A stretch of DNA of 64,000 nt from Candidatus Daviesbacteria bacterium. Its GTDB lineage: Bacteria > Patescibacteriota > Microgenomatia > Daviesbacterales > UBA10151. Under the pieces are notes generated by a model, which searched no databases, had not been told where the DNA came from, and saw nothing but the letters and a program-made list of their open reading frames with translations. The position numbers and the translations under genes are program-made. Positions 47,763 through 56,022 of this stretch are shown piece by piece. Position 1 is the stretch's first letter. The number at the start of each line of letters is the position of its first letter. The stretch covers positions 1,361-65,360 of the forward strand of contig JACPKM010000008.1 of NCBI GenBank assembly GCA_016187025.1, read 5' to 3'.

Positions 47763-48938
47763 TTAAAGTTTAGGCAGCTGCCCGTTATATAAAGCAACTC
47801 CAAACCATAACCAATTTTTCTCATAATACGGCAGTTCCTGGTTAAAGCTATCTTCGTCATTTGAATAAAGCTTAATAATTTTTTCTTCATAGATTTTTTT
47901 TGCTAAGTCTGGATTTTTTACTGACAAAAATCCTAAGGATGTTGCATAAAGAGCAGGACTTTCTTTTTCTGAAAGCTCTTCTCCCTCATGAGAATAACTT
48001 TCAACCAGCTTACCATCCTTGTGTAAATGATCTATCAACTTATTAAATGCAGCGGAAAGATAGACACGGGCTTTCTCGTCTTTGTTCCATTGCCAATCAA
48101 GCGCAATCCTCCAAGGTACTCTTAAAGCATCATAAGAGTAAGTCGTGTTCATTCCTTTTAAACCAGCTTCTTTAATTTCTCCATTTTTTCTATTCAAAGA
48201 CATCCAATCAGGCGGGAGACCGACTCCTCTTGGTCTATCCAGTTTTTCCCGGCCAGACCTATCCAGCAACTCGTAGGCCGGATCAATTAAACTATTCCAG
48301 TCATTTTCCTGATCCACTTCAGCAAAGATTTTCCACGCATAAGGTGCAAAATATGAAGGATTAATTATTAAAGTATCCTCATTCTTAGCCCAATTACCCG
48401 CTATTAAATAGCGCCTACCACCAACTTCCTGGGTTTCTTTATCCCAGATATCTTTTAATATTTCTAAGCTTTCTGTTTGGTAACTTGGATTTTCCCAGCG
48501 CCGGCTTGCCAAAATTAAGCTTAAAGCTATATCGGTATCTGCATCAGAGGCACTATTTATACCTCCATTGGGTAAAAACCCATAGTTTTTACCTTCTATC
48601 TTTCCCCATCTCCAACCAAACAAATTATCTTCATCTCTTTTCAAATTTTGCTTTGTCCAAGTCCAAATTCGGTTAAAGCTTTCTCTATCATCTATCCAAA
48701 CAGCCCTAAGTAGAGCATATGATTGGCCTTCAGAAGTGGTAAAATCCTCCTGGCTGTTATCTATTACCCTCCCATCCTGATTTATAAACTGGTCCTTATA
48801 TCTAATCCATGAAGCAGCAAGTAATGTTTTAGGGGAAAATGTTCTGGTAAGGTCAGCATATTTACTGTTTACATATAGGGTAAATAAAAAACCTAATATT
48901 CCAATTATTACTAAAACATAGGCTATATGTTTTCTCAT
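47763..48938 (-). CDS. GH8 glycoside hydrolase (BcsZ-like endoglucanase)
   Basis: TSEGQSYALL catalytic-Glu block and the GH8 signature ASDADTDIALSLILASRRW. Signal/TM at the N-terminus. Confidence 0.8.
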   Translation of the reverse strand: MRKHIAYVLVIIGILGFLFTLYVNSKYADLTRTFSPKTLLAASWIRYKDQFINQDGRVIDNSQEDFTTSEGQSYALLRAVWIDDRESFNRIWTWTKQNLKRDEDNLFGWRWGKIEGKNYGFLPNGGINSASDADTDIALSLILASRRWENPSYQTESLEILKDIWDKETQEVGGRRYLIAGNWAKNEDTLIINPSYFAPYAWKIFAEVDQENDWNSLIDPAYELLDRSGREKLDRPRGVGLPPDWMSLNRKNGEIKEAGLKGMNTTYSYDALRVPWRIALDWQWNKDEKARVYLSAAFNKLIDHLHKDGKLVESYSHEGEELSEKESPALYATSLGFLSVKNPDLAKKIYEEKIIKLYSNDEDSFNQELPYYEKNWLWFGVALYNGQLPKL

Positions 48939-49426
48939 ATAAATTTGGGATAGTGAGGAGGCTGTTGATTGAATTTGATAGGTCTTAAAAGAAGCACGCC
49001 CAATCCTAGAGAAAACATCGAGATAGTAACTAAAACAATATTAATTATTGGGTTTAAACCATTAGGGCGATAATAATCTTTTGATAGGCTACGGAACGCT
49101 AAGTTCATTGGAGGAATCGGGGTGCTAATATTTTCGATTTGATCATTTTTCTTTTCATTTATACTTGTTCTTACAGGAACAGGAGTTGATTCTGTTATTT
49201 TAGGCTGTGGTTTGGTTTTGGCAGTGTTTAACGGTTTACCCTCAGATTTACCTGAATTATCTAACTTGATATCTTCGTTGACAGATGATCCTCTGCCGCT
49301 ATTGTCTACACTCTGCCCTTTTTGGTCATTTCCATCCTTTGAGTAAACATAAACCACATTCATGGTTAGTACCCCATAGAGATAGATAAATATAACTAAA
49401 ACTAGATTTATCAGTCCTTTTTTCAT
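48935..49426 (-). CDS. Hypothetical bitopic membrane protein, first gene of the GT2/GH8 operon
   Basis: Two TM segments flanking a Ser/Lys/Pro-rich region. Its stop overlaps the GH8 start. Confidence 0.35.
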   Translation of the reverse strand: MKKGLINLVLVIFIYLYGVLTMNVVYVYSKDGNDQKGQSVDNSGRGSSVNEDIKLDNSGKSEGKPLNTAKTKPQPKITESTPVPVRTSINEKKNDQIENISTPIPPMNLAFRSLSKDYYRPNGLNPIINIVLVTISMFSLGLGVLLLRPIKFNQQPPHYPKFI

Positions 49427-49548
49427 AAATCCCCGTTCTAAAGCTTAAATGAAATTTGAAAATTAAAAGTAAATAGTAGTTCTTCTTGGTTAATGTTACT
49501 AAATATTCTTGTAAGACTTTAGTAAACATCAGATTTTTTCTAAAAAAC

Positions 49549-50538
49549 TTAGCCCTCTGCCAACTCTTCAGCAAATCTCCTTCTTTCTGTAGGGGAAAGT
49601 CTAATCCCATTAATAGCTTCTATTATAATCTGGGTTACCCGTTTGTAAGAGGTATTGTGAGCTTTGGCAATCTCAACAAATCCTTGTGCTTCCTCGTATG
49701 GAGCAATTCCAAACCGCCTCCTTAACATATCTGCATGCCTGTGTTTTAATGTTGCAAGCATTGCTTGGGTTTTTTCCTCAAGGCTTCCCTGTCTAAGATG
49801 AGCAAAAGCCTCATCTACAGTAGAATGATCACCGGCTACCATATCTACCAACCTATCACCGTCTGTTTCAAACGGATTAACTGGAGAAGTCAACGACAAC
49901 AAAGGGTTATTTTGCCATTCTAGCGCAGCTTTTGTGGTAGAATAACCCTCCCCACCCTCAGATGCTATCCTCTCTACAAGCTCTGCGGGAGTTAACCTTA
50001 TCCCCTCGCCTAACAACTCTGCGGCTAATCTGTTGGCGTGTTGTAAATCTTGACTAGCATTTGGAGGTATACGGACAACTCTTCCGCCGGTATCATACCC
50101 CCTTTCTATGGCCCGTTCTATCCTTGGGTGTGCATAGGTAGTTAAACTTCCCTTATCAGGATCTAAGTCGTCAACAGCTTTTACTAAGCCACACGCTCCA
50201 TCCTGTACACAATCCGGAAAAGGCATATCACGTCTAGTAGAAAGACTCCTGGCTCTATCAATAACCAGTCTCACACAGGATAAAGCTAAAGTTTCGCGTG
50301 CAGCTTGTCCCTCGGATACACCCCATAACAACCCAGTTCTTATATCCTCTGGCAGAAATACACCCGTCCAGTTTAAAATCAAAGCTGCCAATCTTCCGGA
50401 GTGTTGAGTGCTAACTAGCTCTCTTTGTTGTTCGCGGCTTAAAAAACCCACACCAGTAGATACAAGATCTCTCCTCAATTGAATCATTGGGTCATCTAAG
50501 GGTATATTCTCCTCTGGTACCTGAGTTATTTTTTCCAT
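49549..50538 (-). CDS. Sigma-70 family sigma factor (regions 2-4), GC-elevated
   Basis: Region 2 (VQDGACGLVKAVDDLDPDKGSLTTYAHPRIERAI), RVVRIP, region 4 HTH (EIAKAHNTSYKRVTQIIIEAINGIR). Confidence 0.65.
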   Translation of the reverse strand: MEKITQVPEENIPLDDPMIQLRRDLVSTGVGFLSREQQRELVSTQHSGRLAALILNWTGVFLPEDIRTGLLWGVSEGQAARETLALSCVRLVIDRARSLSTRRDMPFPDCVQDGACGLVKAVDDLDPDKGSLTTYAHPRIERAIERGYDTGGRVVRIPPNASQDLQHANRLAAELLGEGIRLTPAELVERIASEGGEGYSTTKAALEWQNNPLLSLTSPVNPFETDGDRLVDMVAGDHSTVDEAFAHLRQGSLEEKTQAMLATLKHRHADMLRRRFGIAPYEEAQGFVEIAKAHNTSYKRVTQIIIEAINGIRLSPTERRRFAEELAEG

Positions 50539-50619
50539 TACAGTATTTTAAATATATTGGCACCTCTTGTCAAAAACTATTAGGATTAAAAGATAAATTT
50601 TGGTAAAATATGCAGGTAT

Positions 50620-50691
50620 GGGTCGCTAGCTCAACGGTAGAGCACCGCCCTCTTAAGGCGGCTGTTCAGGGTTCGAATCCCTGGCGGCCCA
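50620..50691 (+). tRNA. tRNA-Lys (anticodon CTT)
   Basis: Acceptor GGGTCGC/GCGGCCC. Anticodon stem CCGCC/GGCGG with loop CTCTTAA. T arm CAGGG-TTCGAAT-CCCTG. Confidence 0.85.
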
Positions 50692-50771
50692 CATTAACTA
50701 ACTCAAGTTTATCTCCCCAGACATCATAATAACTGCCATACCCTTTGTTTCTTGCTAAATATTCTACTTCT

Positions 50772-51146
50772 TCAAACACTTCCTGCATTGCTGATACATC
50801 CACTTGATTTATCTATTTCAACAATTGCATGCAGCAAGTTATATCTGTCCCACTCATGAGACGTACCAACTAGAGCATATTTTTCAAATTTTGAGATTTC
50901 CTGGATCGCTCTATTAGAAAGATCAATTTTTAACTGCTCGTATTTTTCGTAGTAATAGTCTTTTGCTTTTTGTTTAAATTTTTTTAGAGTTTTATCCTTA
51001 ACAATTATGTAAATATCACAATCAGAATCATTTATACCTGCACTTTTTATGTGAGAGCCTGTAAGAAACATACCTAAGACCCAAGGCTCATCTTCCAGAT
51101 CCCTTACTAAGCTTTTATAAAGACTAGATTGTTGTATCTCTATCAT
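50772..51146 (-). CDS. Minimal nucleotidyltransferase (Pol-beta superfamily) domain protein
   Basis: TGSHIKSAGINDSDCDIYIIV = GS-x9-DxD NTase motif. Confidence 0.5.
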   Translation of the reverse strand: MIEIQQSSLYKSLVRDLEDEPWVLGMFLTGSHIKSAGINDSDCDIYIIVKDKTLKKFKQKAKDYYYEKYEQLKIDLSNRAIQEISKFEKYALVGTSHEWDRYNLLHAIVEIDKSSGCISNAGSV

Positions 51147-51170
51147 TCCTGGTAGAAATTATATAAAAGT

Positions 51171-51914
51171 TTAGGAGCCGCCTTTTTGCCAATTTGCTTT
51201 TTTTATCATTGGGCCAAAGAGATCATTTTCAGGTTCGATAATAAGCTCATTGAGTTCCTCTTGAGTAGGATTTTTGTCTTGAAATTCAACAAATGGAACA
51301 TCTTCTATTATTCCTATTGGAGTTTGTTCTGCACCTTCACCCATTACTGCTCCTGCACCGGCTGCTAACCCATTGATTATTCCTACTTTAGTATATTTAA
51401 ACTCTTTTCCGAATACATCCTTAGTTCCTGTAATATTTCTAATTGGCTTGAAGCCGCTATAGGCAATTGGTCCAGCTATTACTCCCCACTGCAGAGGAAT
51501 TGCGGTCATATCAGTTATAACAACACCTACCTTTTTTATATTAAACTTATCCTTTAAAAATGCCCTGATTTGATTTGCGCTTTGTTGTGCATCTTTTGGC
51601 CACAGCACATAATAACCATTACCATTTGATTCATCTATCCCTGATGAATAAGTTAAATAATTTTTAGTGATAGTTATATACAGGTTGAATTTATGCTCCT
51701 TTGCAGGTATAAAAAACTGGGACTCTTTTTTTATTAGTTCATCAAGTTTATCTTTGTTAAGCTTTACAGCTCTTCCCTCACAAATTGCCACGATTTTTGA
51801 GGCTATCACAACTATGGATTCTTCTTTTAAATAAAGAATGTATTTATCCAGTACTCTTAATATATCTTTGTCTGAAATAGTGACCTTGTGAGTTTTAATA
51901 GCCTTTACAATCAT
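51171..51914 (-). CDS. CofE-like (F420-0:gamma-glutamyl ligase family) protein
   Basis: ESIVVIASKIVAICEGR resembles the CofE VVVSQKIVSKAEGR block. Weak. Confidence 0.4.
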   Translation of the reverse strand: MIVKAIKTHKVTISDKDILRVLDKYILYLKEESIVVIASKIVAICEGRAVKLNKDKLDELIKKESQFFIPAKEHKFNLYITITKNYLTYSSGIDESNGNGYYVLWPKDAQQSANQIRAFLKDKFNIKKVGVVITDMTAIPLQWGVIAGPIAYSGFKPIRNITGTKDVFGKEFKYTKVGIINGLAAGAGAVMGEGAEQTPIGIIEDVPFVEFQDKNPTQEELNELIIEPENDLFGPMIKKANWQKGGS

Positions 51915-51938
51915 GAATTAAGTTAAAAGTTAGTGTAA

Positions 51939-52646
51939 CTATTTAATAGCCGGTGAGATGGATTTTATTTGGGGTAATAATTTTTTGGAAATTAAAAACT
52001 TCAAAATAGATTTGACTACCAAATAAGAAACTGCAATACCAACAGCAAAAAGAACTCTTTCAGCAATCACAATAGGAATAAGGTTATTCCATACATCCGC
52101 CGGCAGATTAAATGCCCAAATCCAGGCTGCTCCACCAACAGCATGGGCTGTAAAGGTTGCCCCCAAGCTACGCACTAGTAAAACATCTTTTCTAAAATAG
52201 GCTATGAGAGGAATTATCCAAAATAGCCCGTAGTACCAGGCTTGTCTACCATATGGATGAAGCCAGAATAAAATCATGGCCAAAACTGGCACAAGTAGAA
52301 TAGCTTTTTGGCTCTTATCTCTAGAAAAAGTAGCAAAGTAATATACAGCAAAAAGCATTGGGAAAAGTCTGACGATTGATCCTGCAGATATAGGAGTTTG
52401 ATGGATTATATAGTTTAAAACCTCTACACCCAAAACCGTCACAATCCCCAAAATAGGACCTAAAAATGCTCCGGCAACAGGAGCAAAGAAATCAAAAAGA
52501 GTAAAGGAAACATTACTACCAGCAAGTTTGTTAAAAGGAATCTGAAAAACCACGAACCCAACAACTGCAAATAAAACTATAAAGATAAGTATACTTGCCT
52601 TAGATTTCATACACATATATTTATAAATTATCAGTCTAAATGTCAA
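51939..52646 (-). CDS. Hypothetical polytopic membrane protein
   Basis: About 6 TM helices. Could be a transporter S-component-like protein; no motif. Confidence 0.3.
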   Translation of the reverse strand: MTFRLIIYKYMCMKSKASILIFIVLFAVVGFVVFQIPFNKLAGSNVSFTLFDFFAPVAGAFLGPILGIVTVLGVEVLNYIIHQTPISAGSIVRLFPMLFAVYYFATFSRDKSQKAILLVPVLAMILFWLHPYGRQAWYYGLFWIIPLIAYFRKDVLLVRSLGATFTAHAVGGAAWIWAFNLPADVWNNLIPIVIAERVLFAVGIAVSYLVVKSILKFLISKKLLPQIKSISPAIK

Positions 52647-52653
52647 GCAGCAA

Positions 52654-54066
52654 CTAGATTTGCAAAGGCAAAACTTTCATAAGTTTTTCTTCAGATTTTC
52701 TTAAATAAAAGATATTGTATTTTGGATAAAATAGAAATGTAGCTGGAGCATCCTCAAGTAAGGCTTTTTGGAAATCAAAATATCTTTCCTTTCTTTTCTC
52801 ATCATCTGAGGTCTTTCTTGCATCTTCCAAATCCTTATCAACTCTGGCTGAGGAATAATTGCTTAAGTTTGTTTTTTTCTGGGTTGAATGCCAAAGAAAG
52901 TATTGATCAGGATCATCAGGAATAGTTTGAGTAATTAAAAGAGCCTGGAAGTTTTGAGGAATACCTGATTCTACTCTAAGCTTTGCATTCAAACCTAAAT
53001 CTTTCCAGCTTGCAACAACCTTTTTACCTACATCTTCTAAATACGGTGTGGTAGTTAAAACTAATTCTTTTTTTAGTACCTCTTCACCTGCTGAGGCTTT
53101 TGCCCTTTGTAGAGCTTCTTGTGCTTCCTCTTTGTTTGCCAAATACTTTTTGGATTTTTTATCATAGGCCCAGGATTTGATAGCCAGCGGATTATTGGCA
53201 ACCTCCATACCATCAATCTTAGGAGAAATAAAACTCAGTGCTTGTCTGATAGATCTGATACCAAGCAACTGTTCATTAGTATTGTATAAAACAGTTACCA
53301 GTTCCTTAAAAAATGTTTTTTGATGAATTCTGATTTGAGGATTATCAGCAACTGAACTATTGTTTATCCCAAAAAGAGCATGAATTTCTCCTAATTTAAA
53401 GCCTGTTAAAGCAGTTTTCTCGTTTGGATAAAATCTGATATTTAGTTCAGGAAATTTACGCTCTATTGATTTTAACTTGAGCTTGGTAATGAAGATCTTG
53501 CTTTTTTCTAATCCTACAAGCCGGTAAGGTCCCACTCCTATCAGTGTCCCTTTTTTAAATATCGGCTTTGTTAAAAGCGAGGGAAAAGGAGAATAAGAAT
53601 CTTTAAGGTGAAACTCTACTATTTTTTCATCAGGATATTTTACCTCAACATTAGGGATCCCAAAATCAAGATCTGTAGACAAGACATCAGTATTATCTAC
53701 CCACTTTAAATTATTTTTTAACCTAAATTTAAAAACAGTAGCATCAGAGTTTGTTTCCCAACCAGTTACCAAATTCGCCTTGATCTTACCATCCTCAGCA
53801 GACTTTACCAATCCGTCTGAGAGTAGCTCTGCAACCTCTGTTGGCAAGTCATGGGTTTGATAAGTACCCACAAACCCTTGAGTCAGAACCTGTCTGGGTT
53901 GTAGAAAATCTAGCTTATACAAAAGAAAAGCTAGTATGAGTGAAGAAAATAGTGATATGAAAAAGGTTTTTTTATTTCTTTTTATGTAATGATAGCAGAT
54001 TAAGTAAGCTATTGTAATTGAACGTAAGTTAAAGAAAAAAGGTATGTTTTTAGTTATCATTTCCAT
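52654..54066 (-). CDS. Solute-binding-protein family 5 (OppA-like) domain protein, membrane-anchored
   Basis: Size and weak SBP_bac_5-like blocks. No cognate permease/ATPase adjacent. Confidence 0.35.
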   Translation of the reverse strand: MEMITKNIPFFFNLRSITIAYLICYHYIKRNKKTFFISLFSSLILAFLLYKLDFLQPRQVLTQGFVGTYQTHDLPTEVAELLSDGLVKSAEDGKIKANLVTGWETNSDATVFKFRLKNNLKWVDNTDVLSTDLDFGIPNVEVKYPDEKIVEFHLKDSYSPFPSLLTKPIFKKGTLIGVGPYRLVGLEKSKIFITKLKLKSIERKFPELNIRFYPNEKTALTGFKLGEIHALFGINNSSVADNPQIRIHQKTFFKELVTVLYNTNEQLLGIRSIRQALSFISPKIDGMEVANNPLAIKSWAYDKKSKKYLANKEEAQEALQRAKASAGEEVLKKELVLTTTPYLEDVGKKVVASWKDLGLNAKLRVESGIPQNFQALLITQTIPDDPDQYFLWHSTQKKTNLSNYSSARVDKDLEDARKTSDDEKRKERYFDFQKALLEDAPATFLFYPKYNIFYLRKSEEKLMKVLPLQI

Positions 54067-54086
54067 GCAGTGAGAATTTGTAGAAA

Positions 54087-54302
54087 TTATACCACCAGGC
54101 CTACAAAAGCAAGAATAATAAAAACAACCGAAAGTCCAATTGTAATATAAAATAATAACTTTTCTGCTCCTCTTTTTGTTCTATAAAGAGAAAAATCCCC
54201 TCCAAAAGCTGATCCTAAACCTGCTCCTTTTTGCTGAATTATTACCACCAATATCAGAAGAATTCCTACTACAATTTGTATTATATTAATTAAAGCTTGC
54301 AT
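54087..54302 (-). CDS. secG: Preprotein translocase subunit SecG
   Basis: Two TM helices joined by a QQKGAGLGSAFGG Gly-rich loop. 71 aa. Confidence 0.8.
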   Translation of the reverse strand: MQALINIIQIVVGILLILVVIIQQKGAGLGSAFGGDFSLYRTKRGAEKLLFYITIGLSVVFIILAFVGLVV

Positions 54303-54351
54303 ATTAATTTTCCTATATTACTATTTTTCCCGGATAAAGTATAGAGAAAGA

Positions 54352-54753
54352 TCAGTGCATGAGCCAGTGTAAAAAATGGGTGATTATTCCTATTATCAAT
54401 GAGGCAATTATAGCAACCCACAAAGGCGTTAGTCCGAAAGGCGGGATTATAAAACCATTTATTGAGTAACCAGGAAAATCATATGGTAAAAGCATAAACT
54501 GAGGTAAAACTCTTGTTAGGGCAAATAGTGCCAGTACATTACTAACCCAGGCAAACAGTCCCAAGGTCAGTAGGTTCAAAGGTAAAAGCAAAATTTTTAA
54601 AACAGGCACCAGTACAATATTGATAACAGCAAAGGCTAATCCTCCCAGTAAAAGCGTCCTAAAACCTCCGGTAAAAGTTAATCCGCTGATAAGTTGTGTA
54701 GCAATCCAAAGAGATGAGAAATTAATTAAATAATATCTTACAAGTGTTTTCAT
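54352..54753 (-). CDS. DUF360 / Phage_holin_4_2-family membrane protein
   Basis: 4-TM 133-aa protein with a GLAFAVINIVLVPVLKIL-type segment. Weak. Confidence 0.35.
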   Translation of the reverse strand: MKTLVRYYLINFSSLWIATQLISGLTFTGGFRTLLLGGLAFAVINIVLVPVLKILLLPLNLLTLGLFAWVSNVLALFALTRVLPQFMLLPYDFPGYSINGFIIPPFGLTPLWVAIIASLIIGIITHFLHWLMH

Positions 54754-56022
54754 TTAGCTTACTAATATCTTATCACGTAATTTCCTATGATAGGATAGAG
54801 CAAATCGGTGTGATTCATCTCTTAATTTTTGCAATAAACGAAGGGATAGGCTCCTTTTAGAAAGTTTAACAATCTCTCCCTCAGGCGGGTATAACCACTC
54901 CAGTCTTTTTGCCAGGCCGTAGATAGGAACTTTTATTCCTTTTTTGTCTAACTCTTGTTTTACAGTCCTCACTTGTCCTCTGCCTCCATCTATAATGATT
55001 AAATCAGGCATAGGCCACTCCAAATGTTTGAGTCTTCTTTGCATCATCTCCTGATGCATAGCATAATCATTAGGTTTTCCTGAGATTAAAATCTTGAATT
55101 TTCTATACTGCGACTTATCAACTTCTCCATCAGTTAAAACCACCATTGAACCAGTTGCGTTTTCTCCCTGAATATTGGAAATATCATAGCCTTCTATCCT
55201 TTCGGGTAGTTTTCCTAGGTTCAAATCTTTTTGCAACTGCAGTAGTGAGATTTCTCTTTCATCTTCCAAAAAATTGGGGTTTTCTAAATAACTTTGTGTT
55301 CTATTTACCTGAGTCAAATACTCTATTCCTGCAATTGTCTTTTTAATTTTGGCTGCTTCCTCAAACCTTTGCTTATCTGCATCTAGCACCATTTCCTGTT
55401 GTAAACTTGTGACAAGATTTTCTTTCTTCCCTTCCAGTAAAAGTGCCAGGCGGTAAATATTTTTTCGGTATTCACTTTTGTCAACTTTGCCTATACATGA
55501 TCCAGGACATAGGTTTAGATGGTAATAAAAACAAGGTCGTTGCCTTGTTTTATTACTTTTTTTGTCTCCCATTTGGCACCAGGGAAAAATCTTACGTAAA
55601 TGCTTTAATGTTTCCTTTACTGTTCTTCCAGAAGGAAATGGACCAAAGTATTTTAGGCTATCTTCTAAATCTTTTTTTCTTGCTATAACAACCCTAGGGA
55701 AATCCTCTTTGGTAATCTTTATGTATAAATAATCTTTGTCATCAGTAAGTCTTATATTAAATGGCGGTAAATATTTTTTTATTAGATTTGCCTCAAGAAT
55801 TAAAGCCTCCAGTTCAGACTCAACAATAATTGTCTCAACTTGATCAATCTGCCAAACCATTGAAGATACTCTCAAAGGAGGGCGGCCTGAAAAATATGAG
55901 GAAACCCTTGTGATTAGATCAATTGCTTTTCCTACATACAAAATCTTCCCGCTTCTATCTTTGAAAATATACACTCCCGGCTTGTGAGGAAGCTTGTTTT
56001 TGTCAATAAATGCAGGAATCAT
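54754..56022 (-). CDS. uvrC: Excinuclease ABC subunit C, short form lacking the C-terminal HhH domain
   Basis: GIY-YIG (PGVYIFKDRSGKILYVGKA...RVSSYF), UVR domain (FEEAAKIKKTIAGIEYL), RNase-H-like endonuclease block (EGYDISNIQGENATGSMVV...IIIDGGRGQV). 422 aa. Confidence 0.8.
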   Translation of the reverse strand: MIPAFIDKNKLPHKPGVYIFKDRSGKILYVGKAIDLITRVSSYFSGRPPLRVSSMVWQIDQVETIIVESELEALILEANLIKKYLPPFNIRLTDDKDYLYIKITKEDFPRVVIARKKDLEDSLKYFGPFPSGRTVKETLKHLRKIFPWCQMGDKKSNKTRQRPCFYYHLNLCPGSCIGKVDKSEYRKNIYRLALLLEGKKENLVTSLQQEMVLDADKQRFEEAAKIKKTIAGIEYLTQVNRTQSYLENPNFLEDEREISLLQLQKDLNLGKLPERIEGYDISNIQGENATGSMVVLTDGEVDKSQYRKFKILISGKPNDYAMHQEMMQRRLKHLEWPMPDLIIIDGGRGQVRTVKQELDKKGIKVPIYGLAKRLEWLYPPEGEIVKLSKRSLSLRLLQKLRDESHRFALSYHRKLRDKILVS

